Shown: positions 21,991 to 33,215 of the stretch, in pieces
Layout: each line of letters opens with the position of its first letter
Numbering within the stretch: the stretch's first letter is position 1
Assembly: GCA_963734545.1 (NCBI GenBank)
Contig: CAVTHO010000005.1
Span: 416,001-480,000 of the forward strand
Direction of reading: 5' to 3'
Length of the DNA stretch: 64,000 nt
DNA from: an uncultured Spirochaetota bacterium
GTDB lineage: Bacteria > Spirochaetota > Spirochaetia > SZUA-6 > Fen-1364
Program-made: the position numbers and the translations under genes
Notes under the pieces: generated by a model
The model's input: only the letters and a program-made list of their open reading frames with translations
Databases searched by the model: none
What the model was told of the DNA's origin: nothing

Positions 21991-23100
21991 TCAGGCGATG
22001 TACTGCGTCCGGGACAGCTTCCCGTGCGCGATCTTCAGCTTCCTGTCGATGTCGATCCGGTAGGGACACACCGCGGAGAGGGCGCTGTAGTCCTTTGACG
22101 GGTCCACTCTTGTGTCCAGCGCCTGGTACTCCGCGCGCGCGAGGTCCGCCTGCTGGAACCACTGCCGGAGCCTCTCCCGCAGCGCATACCGCGCCGCATC
22201 GGTCACGCGCATGTCGTCCATCTGCCGGTCGAAAAGCCCTTCCAGGAGAAAGACCTTCTGCGGATCGAAATCAGCGCCGCGGCATTTGTCGCACAGCCGG
22301 CAGACATAGTCACCCAGCTCAGGTGCCGACCTGTAAAGCTCGTCCTTCTCCGCATTCGTCATCGGCGTGAATCGTGAGACGATCTCCAGGTCCGTCGCGA
22401 GCATCTCGGCAGAGTTGATTCCCGCCACTACCGTGGCAACCGGCAGGCCGAGGGCGTACCGCAGCGCGGCAGCCGGCGAGCGGTAGAGATATCCATCGCC
22501 CAGCGCCTTCATGGCGATGACGCCGACCCCGCGCTCCGCGCACAGGGGCAGAAGCTCTCCCTCGATTCCGGGGTAATTGAACCGGTCGTAGTAGTTGAAC
22601 CCGGTCATGAGCACGTCGAACCTGTGCCGGCGCACGGCCTCCTGCATGGCGTCGGGTCTGCCGTGGCCGCTGATGGCGACGAACCGGATCTTGCCCGCCT
22701 TGCGCGCTTCCAAGGCCCCTTCCATGGAACCCCCCGGACCGAGGATCGCGTCCACCTCCGCCTTTTTCTGGACGGCATGCATGAACATGACATCCACGTG
22801 ATCGGTCTTCAGGTTGCGCAGGCTCGTATCGAGCTGCGCGAGAAACCCCGCGCGCGTCCGCTCCGTGGATTTCGTCGCAAGAACGTATTCGTCGCGGCGA
22901 TGGCTGACGCCCCGGCCGATTTTCGTCTCCGAGATGCCGTCCCCATAGCCCGCGGCGGTCTCGATGTAGCTGCCGCCCTGGTCCAGGTAGGCGCCCAGCA
23001 GGCGCGCTGCCTCGGCTGTGATGATCTCCACCAGGTGGAAGCCTCCGAAGCCCAGAATCGAGACCTCGAGACCCGTCTGTCCGAGCGCGCGCTTCTGCAT
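21991..23100 (-). CDS. Aldo/keto reductase with C-terminal Cys motif
   Basis: LGQTGLEVSILGFGG, IETAAGYG, IAMKALG, CRLCDKC..CPY. Confidence 0.85.
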   Translation of the reverse strand: MQKRALGQTGLEVSILGFGGFHLVEIITAEAARLLGAYLDQGGSYIETAAGYGDGISETKIGRGVSHRRDEYVLATKSTERTRAGFLAQLDTSLRNLKTDHVDVMFMHAVQKKAEVDAILGPGGSMEGALEARKAGKIRFVAISGHGRPDAMQEAVRRHRFDVLMTGFNYYDRFNYPGIEGELLPLCAERGVGVIAMKALGDGYLYRSPAAALRYALGLPVATVVAGINSAEMLATDLEIVSRFTPMTNAEKDELYRSAPELGDYVCRLCDKCRGADFDPQKVFLLEGLFDRQMDDMRVTDAARYALRERLRQWFQQADLARAEYQALDTRVDPSKDYSALSAVCPYRIDIDRKLKIAHGKLSRTQYIA

Positions 23101-23101
23101 G

Positions 23102-24880
23102 TCACCCTCCCTGCACGGCAGCTTCGGGGAGCTGCTCGTCACTCTCCAGGCCCTGCTGCTTCCACAGCGTGTAGTAAAGGCCCTGCGTGCGGAGAAGCTC
23201 CAGGTGAGAGCCCTGCTCGACGACCCTGCCCTTTGCGAGCACCACGATCCTGTCCGCGCTGGCCACCGTGGAAAGCCGGTGTGCGATGAGGAGCGTGACA
23301 AAGCTCGGCCTCGTGGCGATGATCCCGTCAATGGTCCGGGTGATCTCCTTTTCGGTTTCCGTATCCAGGGAGCTCGTGGCCTCGTCGAAGATCAGCAGGT
23401 GGGGCTTGCGGAGCAGCGCCCGCGCAATTGCCAGGCGCTGTCTCTCCCCTCCGGAGAGCTTCAACCCCCCTTCCCCGATCCGGGTGTCCAGGCCGTCGCG
23501 TGTGCGCTCCAGGAGTCCCCGGAGCTGGGCCGCCTCCAGGCTCGCCATGCACTCCTCGTCCGTGGCCTCCTGCCGCACGAACCTCAGGTTGTCCCGTATG
23601 GTGCCGGCAAAAAGCTCGATTGCCTGCGGAACGAACCCCACGTGGGTACGCAGGAGGTCGTAGTTCACGTCACGGGAATCGACGCCGTTGAAAAGGATCC
23701 TGCCGGCGTTCGGCTGGTACAGTCCGAGGAGAAGCTTGATGAGTGTGCTCTTTCCCGCGCCCGAGGGCCCGACAAAGGCGACGCTCTCTCCCGACCGGGC
23801 GGCGAAGGACACGTCCGAAAGGGCGTATTCGCGCGCGCCGGGGTGGCGGTAGGTGACGCCGGAGAACTCCAGTGACTCGACGCCGTCGGGAACCGCTCCG
23901 CCGGGATTGGAGGGGGCGGGCTCCTGGGCGAGGATGCGCGCCACGTTCTCCAGGCTGGCGCGCGTTTCCTGGTACTTGGTGATCACGGCCCCGATTTCCC
24001 CCAGCGGAGAGAAGATGGCAAACGAGTAGAAAAGAAGGCTGAAGAACTCTCCCAGCGTCACGAGCCTGAAGTACACGAGTACCAGCATCTGGAGCAGGAA
24101 CAGGGCCCGGAAGAAGTTGATTGCGGTACCCTGGAAGAACATCAGCACGCGTACCGTCTTCACCTTGGCCAGCTCGAGGTCGAGGATCTTCTGGTTGGTG
24201 GCGTTCAGCCTGTCGATCTCCTGGGTTTCCAGCCCGAGGCTCTTGATGAGCTCGATGTTGCGAAGGCTTTCCGTTGTGGATCCGGCAAGGGCGTTCGTTT
24301 CCCCGAATATCTTTCCCTGCACCTGCTTGATCCTCCGCCCCAGCGAGGAAACGAGAACGGTCAGGATGGGGGCCAGGATGAGGAGCGCCACGCCGATGCT
24401 CCAATGCACGGAGAACGAATACCCCAGCACGAGCAGGAGGGTCAGCGAGGAAATGAAAACGGTGTTGATGGACTGCCCGATCATGTCCCTGCTGTCCGTG
24501 CGCGCTTTCTGCAGTTGCTGCAGCACGGCGCCGCTCTGCTGGTCCTCGAATGCGCGGAAAGGAAGGCGCAGGGAATGCGCGATGCCGTCCGCGTACATGC
24601 TGGCGCCCACGGACTGGGAAACGACATTCACGTAGTAGTCCTGGAAATTCTTGGCAAGCCTGCTCACCATCGCCACGCCGACGAACGCGAGAATCAGCAC
24701 GCCCACCCCGGATATGAACTCCGCCCGGGGGATGGTGGCGATATGCGATGCATACTTGTCCACGATGATCCGGAAAATCTGCGGGTCAAGGAGGGAAAAC
24801 ACCTGGTTGATGACCGCGAGGATGATGGCAAGGACAACCATCCCCTTGTGCGGCCTGAGGTACGAAAGGAGTAACTTCAT
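23102..24880 (-). CDS. ABC exporter, fused permease and ATPase
   Basis: Six TM helices, GPSGAGKST, LSGGERQR, IFDEATS, IAHR. Confidence 0.92.
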   Translation of the reverse strand: MKLLLSYLRPHKGMVVLAIILAVINQVFSLLDPQIFRIIVDKYASHIATIPRAEFISGVGVLILAFVGVAMVSRLAKNFQDYYVNVVSQSVGASMYADGIAHSLRLPFRAFEDQQSGAVLQQLQKARTDSRDMIGQSINTVFISSLTLLLVLGYSFSVHWSIGVALLILAPILTVLVSSLGRRIKQVQGKIFGETNALAGSTTESLRNIELIKSLGLETQEIDRLNATNQKILDLELAKVKTVRVLMFFQGTAINFFRALFLLQMLVLVYFRLVTLGEFFSLLFYSFAIFSPLGEIGAVITKYQETRASLENVARILAQEPAPSNPGGAVPDGVESLEFSGVTYRHPGAREYALSDVSFAARSGESVAFVGPSGAGKSTLIKLLLGLYQPNAGRILFNGVDSRDVNYDLLRTHVGFVPQAIELFAGTIRDNLRFVRQEATDEECMASLEAAQLRGLLERTRDGLDTRIGEGGLKLSGGERQRLAIARALLRKPHLLIFDEATSSLDTETEKEITRTIDGIIATRPSFVTLLIAHRLSTVASADRIVVLAKGRVVEQGSHLELLRTQGLYYTLWKQQGLESDEQLPEAAVQGG

Positions 24881-24996
24881 ACGCAAAGATACCACCCGGC
24901 GGTGCGGGGGGACAGCTATGCCGGCCTTGGACGGCGAGCCGGCCCTGACCGGTCGGCCAGGTGACAGCAGTGGATGTCCCGGCGCAGCGGTCCGGC

Positions 24997-26262
24997 CTAC
25001 CGGGCGATTGCCACCACCTCTCCGTCGTTCAGGAAGCTCTGGCCCTCGGTGACAACGAGCGTCCCCTTCTCCAGCCCGGTCGCAATCTCCGTGACCGACT
25101 CGTCGCTGATTCCCGTGCGGACCGCGGTCTTTTTCACCACGGTACCCGCGTCCGACTGGACAACCGCGTAGACATAGTCGACGCCCGTTTCCGTCACTAC
25201 CGCGCTGTTCGGCACGACGACCACGTTCTCCCGGTTTTCCACGGGAAAGCTCACGCGCGCGAACATGCCGGGCCGGAGGGCGGCGCCCGGATCCACGATC
25301 CTCACCTTCACCAGATAGCCCTGCGTGCGGGGATCCGCGGCCGGGCTGACCGTATCGACGATGCCCCGCATGCTTTCGCTGCCTGCCGCATCGATGCTGA
25401 TCGGCACTGTCTGGCCCTTGTGGATTTTCTCCACCATGCTTTCCTCCACGCTCGTCTCCGCCGTCACGCTGCTCATGTCGATGACCACGAATGCGGGGAC
25501 CGCGCTGGAGACCAGCTCGCCGGGGTCCACGTTCCGCGCGGCCACGACTCCGGTGAGGGGGGAGGTGACGATCGTGTTTCGAAGCTGGGACTCGGCAAGG
25601 TCCGCCGTTGCCCGGGCCTGGTCCACCTGGGTGGAGGCGAGGCCCGTGGATTGCGGCCCTCCCTTGTCCTGGATGAGGCTGAGGCTCTGCCGGGCCGTGT
25701 CCAGCGCGATTCCCGCGCTCTCCAGCTTTGCCTTCGTGCTGTCGAGCTGCTGCCGCGAGACGGTGCCGTCGGCAAACAGCTTCTCCGTTCTCTCGTAGAT
25801 GTCTTTCGTGTCATCGTACTGCACCTGCGCCTGTTTCACCGCGGCCTGGGCCTGGATGACCTGGGAGGAGAGGCCGGAGTCGCTGGTACGGGTGAGGTTG
25901 GCCTTCGCGCTTTCGAGGGCCGCCCGCGCCTGCCGCACCTGGGCCTCATTGTCGTTCGACTCGAGCGTGAAAAGGACCTCCCCCCGGCGCACCCGCTGGC
26001 TTACATCCGCCTTCACGGATGCCACACGGCCCGCGATCTTGGGGGACACGATGATCTCCTGGCGCGGGCGGATGCGCGCGGGATATTCCAGCGAGATGGC
26101 GATGGTGGAGCGCGTCGCGGCGGCCACGGTGACGCTTTTCACGCTCTGCGGCGCGGCCTGCTTGGACGGGCCGCAGCCTGCCGCTGCCAGGGCGGCGAGG
26201 GCGGCGAGCACGAGCCCTGCGCGGTATCGATTTCTGCCCGAGCGAGTCGAGGGTGATGTCAT
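24997..26262 (-). CDS. RND periplasmic adaptor (MFP), lipoprotein
   Basis: LAAAGC lipobox, VSPKIAGRV, coiled hairpin, LRPGMFARV. Confidence 0.9.
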   Translation of the reverse strand: MTSPSTRSGRNRYRAGLVLAALAALAAAGCGPSKQAAPQSVKSVTVAAATRSTIAISLEYPARIRPRQEIIVSPKIAGRVASVKADVSQRVRRGEVLFTLESNDNEAQVRQARAALESAKANLTRTSDSGLSSQVIQAQAAVKQAQVQYDDTKDIYERTEKLFADGTVSRQQLDSTKAKLESAGIALDTARQSLSLIQDKGGPQSTGLASTQVDQARATADLAESQLRNTIVTSPLTGVVAARNVDPGELVSSAVPAFVVIDMSSVTAETSVEESMVEKIHKGQTVPISIDAAGSESMRGIVDTVSPAADPRTQGYLVKVRIVDPGAALRPGMFARVSFPVENRENVVVVPNSAVVTETGVDYVYAVVQSDAGTVVKKTAVRTGISDESVTEIATGLEKGTLVVTEGQSFLNDGEVVAIAR

Positions 26263-29200
26263 CGCGGCTTCCCTTTCATGTCGTCGATCAGGGTGTATAC
26301 GACAGGCAGGAGAATCGGCGTCAGAAGGGTCGAGGTGATCAGGCCCCCGATGAGCACCACCGCCATGCCGGACCGTATCTCGCTGGATGCGCCGAGGGAC
26401 AGCGCGAGGGGCATCATGCCGACGATCATCGTCACCGAGGTCATGATGATCGGGCGCAGGCGCGTCACGCCCGCTTCCAGCAGAGCCTCCCTCAGCGGCA
26501 TGCCGCGCTTCACGAGCGTGTTCGTGTAGTCGATGAGGAGCGTCCCGTTCTTCGAAATGAGCCCGTCCAGCATGATGAGCCCGATGAAGGTGATGATATT
26601 GATCGCCTTTCCCGTCAGGGCCAGCGCGGCAAAAGCGCCGATCACGCCGCAGGGGATGGAGAGCATGCGGATGATCGGCGTGAGGAACGACTCGTACAGC
26701 ACGACGAGCACCATGTACACGAGGAGGATCGACGCCACCAGCGCCCATGCCAGGGACCCGAAAGCGCTCGCCATGTTCTGCGTGTCTCCGCCGTAGCTGA
26801 CCTCGTAGCCGAACGGCATGCGCAGCGCGCCCAGCTTTTCCTTGACCTCGGCCGTGATGGCTCCCAGCGGCCTGCCCTGCGTGTTGGCGGAGATGGTGGC
26901 GACGTTCTGCCTGTCGCGCCGGAGAACCTCCTGCGGGCTTTCCGTGCGGAGGAACGTTGCCACCTGGGACAGGGAGATCTGCTGGCCCAGCGGGTTTGTC
27001 ACCTTGATGGTGCCAAGAGCGTAGGGCGTCTTCATCTGGTCCTCGCGGTAGCGCACCATCATGTCGAACTCGTCTCCCGCATGCCGGTAGACCCCCACGT
27101 TGGTGCCGGCCAGCGCAGTGCGGAGCACGGTGGCAAGATCGTAGGTGGTGAGGCCGTGCGTGGCAGCGGCCAGCCGGTCGATGCGCACGCTCACCTCGGT
27201 CTGCGCGGCGCGCATGGTGTTGTCCACGTCCGCGGCTCCCGGTACGGAGTGCACGGCGTCCTCCACCTGCCGGGAGACCTGGCGCAGAACGTCGCGATTG
27301 GGCCCGCTGACGTTCACGATGAGCGGCTTCGTACCTTCGATCGACGTGCGTGAGATGATGCCGGGCTCGGTGACGGAGAATTCCGTTCCGGCCAGACGGG
27401 CCCCCCATTCACGCAGCTCGCGCGCCACCGCGGACTGGCTCTTGCGCCGCTGGCCCTTGTCCTTCAATCGCACGATGATTTCCGATGTGGACACCGTGGT
27501 GTCGCTGCCGACCGTTGCGAAACAGTCCTGCACCTCGGGGAGCGACAGGATGTGCTGCTCGGCCAGCTTCGTCTTGGCGTCGGTCTGCGCGAAGCCGGCC
27601 CCGGGCCGAGGTTGATGTCCACCACGAACCTGCTCTGGTCGAAGGTCGGCAGGAACTCGGTCTCGATGGCCTTCATGGGGATGAGCGCGAGGCTGGCGGC
27701 GACGAGCACTGCGATGGAAAGAATGACCACGCCCCTGTTGCCCAGCGCCCACTCGAGGAACCTCCGATAGGCGACCTTGACCGTGCTTTCGAAGAATCGT
27801 CCCCCCTCTGTCCTTTCGCGGCCGCGTTTCTCTGCACCCTTCACGAGCATCCGTGACGCCATCATGGGCGTGATCGTGAAGGACACGAGCAGGGAGAGAA
27901 GGGTCGCGAACACGACGGTGAGCCCGAACTGCTTGAAGAACTGACCGACGATGTCCGTCAGGAATGCAATGGGAGCGAACACCACCACGTCGCACAGCGT
28001 GATCGCCACGGCGGCGAGCCCGATCTCCATCCTCCCGCGCACGGCCGCGGTACGCGGGTCCTCACCGAGGGTGATGTGCCTGTCCACGTTTTCCAGGATG
28101 ACGATGGAGTCATCCACGAGGATGCCGATGCACAGCCCGAGCGCCATCAGGGAAATGATGTTGAGCGTAAAGTGGAAGAGCCACATGGCGAAGAATGTGC
28201 CCACAAGACAGACAGGGATGGCAACGAGAACGATCAGGGAGGAGCGCCATCGACGGAGGAACAGGAAAAGCACCAGCGCGGTGGTGATGATGCTTTCCAC
28301 CAGGTTCAACCGTGTCTCATCCAGGGACGCGTTGATGAACTTCGTGGCGTCACTGGCAACGGCGAGCGCGGTGCCGGGGAGAAGGCTGGGCTGCAGCTCC
28401 GCCAGCTCATCCTTGACCCGTCGGGCCGTGTCCACGACGTTCGCGTCGCTTTGCTTGCGCACCATGATCCCGATAGAGGCCTGCGTGTTCAGCCGTACCG
28501 CTTTGCGGGGAGCGGGGTAGTCGATGACGACGTCCGCGATTTCGGAAAGACGCACGCTTCCGCCCGCGATCGTCGGCACGCGCATGTCCTTCACGTCCTG
28601 CACGTCCCGGAACTCGCCGACCAGCCGCACGGCGACGTTGCGCGTGCGCTGCGCGATCTCGCCCGCGGGGAGATTGAGGTTCTCCGCCCGAAGCACGCCA
28701 AGGAGCGTCGTGGCGCTGATGCCGAAGTACTCCATCGCCGCCTTGTCCACGGTGACGAGAAGCTGCTTCTTGAAGCCACCCGCGATGCTCACATTTCCCA
28801 CCCCGGGCAGGCTCTCGATGCGGCGCTGGATCCGGTCAGCCTCGTTGTACAGCTCTTCGGGGGACCCGGTCCCGGAAACGGAGATGATGAGAATGGGCTG
28901 GCTGTTCAGGTCGTACTTGGACATCACGGGCTTTGAGGCGTCCTTGGGAAGCTTGTCCGCAATGCCGGCGAGCGCGCTCTGCACATCGATGACCGCCGCG
29001 TTCATGTCGGTGGACAACGTGAACATCAGGATCGTGTAGCCGAAACCGGTACCGGAGGTCGAGCGGATCGTGTCGATGCCGTTCGCGCCCGACACCGCAT
29101 CCTCGATGGGCTTGATCACTTCCTTGTCCACTTCCTCCGCACCCGCGCCGATGTAGGTGGAGTGGATGGTGATCACCGGCGTATTCACCTCGGGGAAAAG

Positions 29201-29305
29201 GTCGGCGCCGAGATTGACGTACCCGACGAGTCCCAGTCCCAGGACCAGGGCCATTCCCATGATGATCGCGGTCGGTCGTCGGACGGCCAGCTCGGTGATA
29301 TTCAT
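26259..29305 (-). CDS. AcrB-family RND permease (frameshift near 27600)
   Basis: MNITELAVRRP, GILVDDSIVILEN, KNGTLLID, RLRPIIMT, found in two frames. Confidence 0.9.
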
Positions 29306-29314
29306 GCGGTCCCC

Positions 29315-30736
29315 TCAGATCCGCTCCCCGGTGATGCGGGCGATGTCCGCCAGCGCTTCCTCCCGGGTGTAGCGGGCATAGAGCAGGTCGAGCTCCGCCG
29401 AGCCGGCGAGGATGTCAGCCCCGTGCACGTCGTCCCTGCTTGCCATGCCGTTCTCGAGTGATGCCTGCGCATTGCGGAGGCGCTCCTCCGCGTAGTCCGC
29501 CCGGGCCTTCTTCTCCCTGACGTCACCGTCGGCTTTCACGGCCGCATCGACCGCCTTGCGCACGTCAAGGCGCACCCGCTTCTCGTCCAGGCTGAGGCCC
29601 ATCCCTGCCATCTCCAGATCTTTTTCCGCCTGGCGGACGCGTTGAAGGGAAGCGAGCCCGTCGAACACGTTCATTTTCATTCCGATGCTGACCACCAGGT
29701 CCCAGTCCCAGGTGCTGTTGTTCCACTTCCAGGTCGAGAAGGGAAGGTCTTCCTGCCCCGAAAGATCGAGCCGGAGACCAAGCGAGACGTCGGGACGAAG
29801 GAGCGAGCCTCCCTCTTCCACGGCGAGCTTCTTCCGCGCCTGGCTCATGCGCGTGCGCGACGCGGCCAGTGCGGGAGAGGAGGCGTGCGCTTTCTCACGG
29901 AGAGATTGCTCGTCCAGCACCGGAAGCTGCGTCCTGAAGCCCGTCGCAAGATCCTCCGCTCTCAGTTCCCGGCCGGTGAGCATGGCCAGGCCCTCCAGCG
30001 CCGTTGCCTTGCTCTGTCCCGCCTCCGAGAGTCTCGATTCGATCGAAGCGAGATTTGCCTGCGCCTCCAGCGCGGTCTCCCTGTTCGTGGTCCCCTGGTC
30101 GAAGGCCTTCCGCCGGTCTGCGGCGATTTCGGCTGCCGTGTCCCTGAGCCCTTTCAGCACCGTCTCGGAATCCCTGGCGAGCAGGGCGCCGAAGTATGCC
30201 CGGTGAACCTCCCGGTCGATGTCTCTCTGCTGGGTCAGGAGATCGGTCCCTGCCGCATCGACCTCGAGCGCGGCAAGATCGATTGCGTTCCTGATCTTTC
30301 CCCACGTGAAGATCGGCTGTGAAAGGGAGGCGCTGGCGGTGAAGTAGTTGTGCTGCTGGGCGCCGATGGTGAAATCCCGGGGAGGAATCGCGAAGTCGCC
30401 CAGGGGGATCGGCGCCGGGTTGCCCAGCGCGCCGGTCGGGATGGCGGGCGAGATGGTGCCCAATGTGCCCGCTGCCACCGTGTAGCCCTGCGGCGGGTGG
30501 GCGAGGTATGAGGCGGAGGCCTGCAGGTCGATGCGTGGCCAGGCCCTGCTGCCCGCCTCCTCCAGCGCAAGACGGGATTTCTGCACGGCGAGCTGTTTCA
30601 CGCGCACCGCTTCAGAGCCCGTGCGCGTGAGGGTGTACGCATCCTCGAGGGTGAGCGTAGCGGACTGTGATGCGCCGGGCAGCGCCGCGCAGAGCAGGGG
30701 CAGCAGGAAGAGGCTGCGGGGGAGCTTCAGGGGCAT
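29315..30736 (-). CDS. TolC-family outer membrane factor
   Basis: Signal peptide, LSQPIFTWGK, VFDGL, helical repeats; position in the efflux operon. Confidence 0.85.
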   Translation of the reverse strand: MPLKLPRSLFLLPLLCAALPGASQSATLTLEDAYTLTRTGSEAVRVKQLAVQKSRLALEEAGSRAWPRIDLQASASYLAHPPQGYTVAAGTLGTISPAIPTGALGNPAPIPLGDFAIPPRDFTIGAQQHNYFTASASLSQPIFTWGKIRNAIDLAALEVDAAGTDLLTQQRDIDREVHRAYFGALLARDSETVLKGLRDTAAEIAADRRKAFDQGTTNRETALEAQANLASIESRLSEAGQSKATALEGLAMLTGRELRAEDLATGFRTQLPVLDEQSLREKAHASSPALAASRTRMSQARKKLAVEEGGSLLRPDVSLGLRLDLSGQEDLPFSTWKWNNSTWDWDLVVSIGMKMNVFDGLASLQRVRQAEKDLEMAGMGLSLDEKRVRLDVRKAVDAAVKADGDVREKKARADYAEERLRNAQASLENGMASRDDVHGADILAGSAELDLLYARYTREEALADIARITGERI

Positions 30737-30737
30737 C

Positions 30738-31307
30738 TCACTCTCCGGAAAGCCTGAGGGCGATCATGCGCCGGAGACTGGCGATTTCGGCGTCCACGCG
30801 TGACGGCTCGGCAAGAGCCGCCGAAAAGAGCACGCCGAACACGGTCACCCTGATCAGGGACCGCCAGTATTCGCTGTCCGTGCGGTGGGACACCAATCCT
30901 CTCCTCGGCCTCGAAACGAGCCTTTCGACAAGGCCGCAGAACTGCTCGAGCTTTCCCTGCAGCATGTTCATCTGGCTGGATTCGAAAAGCATCCCGCGGA
31001 GGAGGGGCAGGTAGTGCTTGAGGGAGCCGAACCCGATTTCGATGAACCTTTTCATCCGACCCTCGGTAGGCTCTTTCGACTCCGCCAGCTCCCGGATCTG
31101 GGCCAGGAACCTGTTCCACCCCTCATCTACAGTTGCGCGAAACAGGTCCTTCTTGTCATTGAAATACGTGTAAATAGTGCCTGAGGAGATGCCGGCGCGG
31201 AGCGCGATGTCCTTGATGACGGTCGCATCATAGCCGATCTCCCCGAATACGGAGAATGCGGCTTCGATGATCTGGGCGGGCTTTTTTCCGTCTTTTTTCC
31301 TCGCCAT
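30738..31307 (-). CDS. TetR-family regulator
   Basis: IIEAAFSVF..DIALRAGISSGTIYTYFNDKKDL. Confidence 0.92.
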   Translation of the reverse strand: MARKKDGKKPAQIIEAAFSVFGEIGYDATVIKDIALRAGISSGTIYTYFNDKKDLFRATVDEGWNRFLAQIRELAESKEPTEGRMKRFIEIGFGSLKHYLPLLRGMLFESSQMNMLQGKLEQFCGLVERLVSRPRRGLVSHRTDSEYWRSLIRVTVFGVLFSAALAEPSRVDAEIASLRRMIALRLSGE

Positions 31308-31322
31308 GCCGTTCCATCCTTA

Positions 31323-31346
31323 TGTTGACTGAACGTTCAATTAACA
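31323..31346. promoter_or_regulatory. Probable TetR operator
   Basis: Imperfect palindrome TGTTGACTGAACGTTCAATTAACA with a perfect TGAACGTTCA core, 15 bp upstream of tetR. Confidence 0.65.
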
Positions 31347-31433
31347 ATATCAGCGCCGTGACAGTGTGGCAAGCCCCTGCTTTGGGTATAATCACCGGAA
31401 CAAGAGACTGGGTGCAGCGGAGGTTATCACGTC

Positions 31434-32585
31434 ATGGGCGACACGAACCGGTTCATCGAGGAGCTTCGAAGCGCGTGGAGGGACGAGAAGTCCGCAGCCC
31501 TCACCTATGCCGCGGCAGCGGAGAGGGAAAAAGACAGCCGGCGCCGCGACATCTTTCTCCGCATGGCGGCCGAAGAGGCGAAGCATGCCGAGCGCTGGGA
31601 GAAGAGGCTGCGCGAGCTGGGCGCAGAGCCGGGTGCATACACGGAGACCCCCGCGGAGGTCCAGCGCAGGCGTGACCTTGTCGTGCAGGACCCCGAGGTA
31701 ATCGCGACGACAATGGCGGCCGCGGAAGGAAGCGCGGACGGGGCATACGAGTCACTGGCGTCACTGGCGCCCACGGAACAGGACCGCAAGGCGTTTGCCG
31801 ACGCGGGCCGGGCGGAACGTGCCCACGATCGGGTCCTCAAGGACATGGCGGCGCGGACGGAGCACCCGCGAAGCAGGCTGGACATGATCCTGGGCCGGGA
31901 GCGGCACGTGCGCGGCGGCGGGTGGATCGGCCAGGCCATCTACGGCATCAACGACGGTCTGGGCGCGGCGTTCGGAGTGGTGAGCGGCGTGGCCGGCGCC
32001 ACGCACGTGAACAACTCCTTCGTGCTCCTGAGCGGGTTCGCCTCCATGGTGGCCTCCGCCCTTTCCATGGGAAGCGGCGCCTACCTGGCCGTGAAGTCGG
32101 AAAAGGAAGTCCACGAGGCGGAGCTCTCCCGTGAGCGCCACGAGATAAAGGAGAATCCCGACGAAGAGCGGGAGGAGCTTTCCCTCTTCTACCAGCTCAA
32201 GGGCTTCTCGGAAGAGGAAGCCAATGCCATGGCGGCGCGCATGGCGGAGAACCCCGAGGAGATGCTGAAGACACTGGCGCACGAGGAGCTGGGTCTTTCC
32301 GAGCAGGCGTTTCAGAACCCGTGGCGATCTGCCGCCAGCGCCACTGTGGCGACGGCCGTCGGGGCCGCGGTCCCCGTGCTCCCCTACCTTTTCTTCGGCG
32401 GCATGGCCGCGCTGGTCACCTCGTTCGTCATCAGCACCCTCGCCCACTTCGCCGTGGGCGCGGCCAAGGTCGTGGTCACGGGGCGCTCCTGGTGGAAGAG
32501 CGGCATGGAGATGATGGTGATCGGCCTGGGCGAGGCGGCCATCACCTACGGAATCGGGCTTCTCGTCGCACCCCTGCTCGGTTGA
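31434..32585 (+). CDS. Ferritin-like (rubrerythrin) domain fused to a VIT1/CCC1 transporter, MbfA-like
   Basis: E..EEAKH and E..ERAH di-iron motifs; IYGINDGL, ALSMGSGAYL, HEELGL. Confidence 0.85.
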   Translation: MGDTNRFIEELRSAWRDEKSAALTYAAAAEREKDSRRRDIFLRMAAEEAKHAERWEKRLRELGAEPGAYTETPAEVQRRRDLVVQDPEVIATTMAAAEGSADGAYESLASLAPTEQDRKAFADAGRAERAHDRVLKDMAARTEHPRSRLDMILGRERHVRGGGWIGQAIYGINDGLGAAFGVVSGVAGATHVNNSFVLLSGFASMVASALSMGSGAYLAVKSEKEVHEAELSRERHEIKENPDEEREELSLFYQLKGFSEEEANAMAARMAENPEEMLKTLAHEELGLSEQAFQNPWRSAASATVATAVGAAVPVLPYLFFGGMAALVTSFVISTLAHFAVGAAKVVVTGRSWWKSGMEMMVIGLGEAAITYGIGLLVAPLLG

Positions 32586-32642
32586 ACGCGCGAATCCTTG
32601 ATATTCGCACCGTTCTGTGCGACACCGTGCAGGAGGTGAGCC

Positions 32643-33215
32643 ATGGCTGACAGGAATCCCCTTGGTGAGAAGGTGCGCACGATCCGCGAATCCCGGAGCA
32701 TGAGCGTGGAGCAGCTCGCGGAACGGGCGGACCTGGCCCCGGAGCTGGTGGCGCAGATCGAGTCGGGCGCGCTCGTGCCTTCGCTGAGCCCCCTGATCCG
32801 GATCGCCCGATCACTGGGCGTGCGGCTGGGTACGTTCCTTGACGAGCAGGCGCACGTGGGCCCCGTTATTTCGCGCGTGGGCGAGCATGAGACGGTCGTG
32901 CGCTTTTCCGGCAGGGAGAGCCCCGCGCGCAGCGACCTGGATTTCTTCTCCCTCGCCGCGAACAAGGCCGGACGCCACATGGAACCGTTCCTCATCGACA
33001 TCCATCCGGGCTCCGCGCAGGGTGTCCGGCCTTCCACGCACGAGGGGGAGGAATTCCTCTACGTGCTTTCGGGCGAGGTGGAGGTCGTGTACGGCAAAGA
33101 CATGTACCGGCTGAAGGCAGGGGACTGCATGTACTACGACAGCATCGTGCCGCATCACGTGCACAGCGCCGCGGGCTCCGAGGCGCGTGTCGTGGCGGTG
33201 GTCTACGCGCCGTAG
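32643..33215 (+). CDS. XRE HTH-cupin regulator
   Basis: N-terminal HTH, MEPF, HEGEEFLYVLSG, YYDSIVPH. Confidence 0.9.
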   Translation: MADRNPLGEKVRTIRESRSMSVEQLAERADLAPELVAQIESGALVPSLSPLIRIARSLGVRLGTFLDEQAHVGPVISRVGEHETVVRFSGRESPARSDLDFFSLAANKAGRHMEPFLIDIHPGSAQGVRPSTHEGEEFLYVLSGEVEVVYGKDMYRLKAGDCMYYDSIVPHHVHSAAGSEARVVAVVYAP

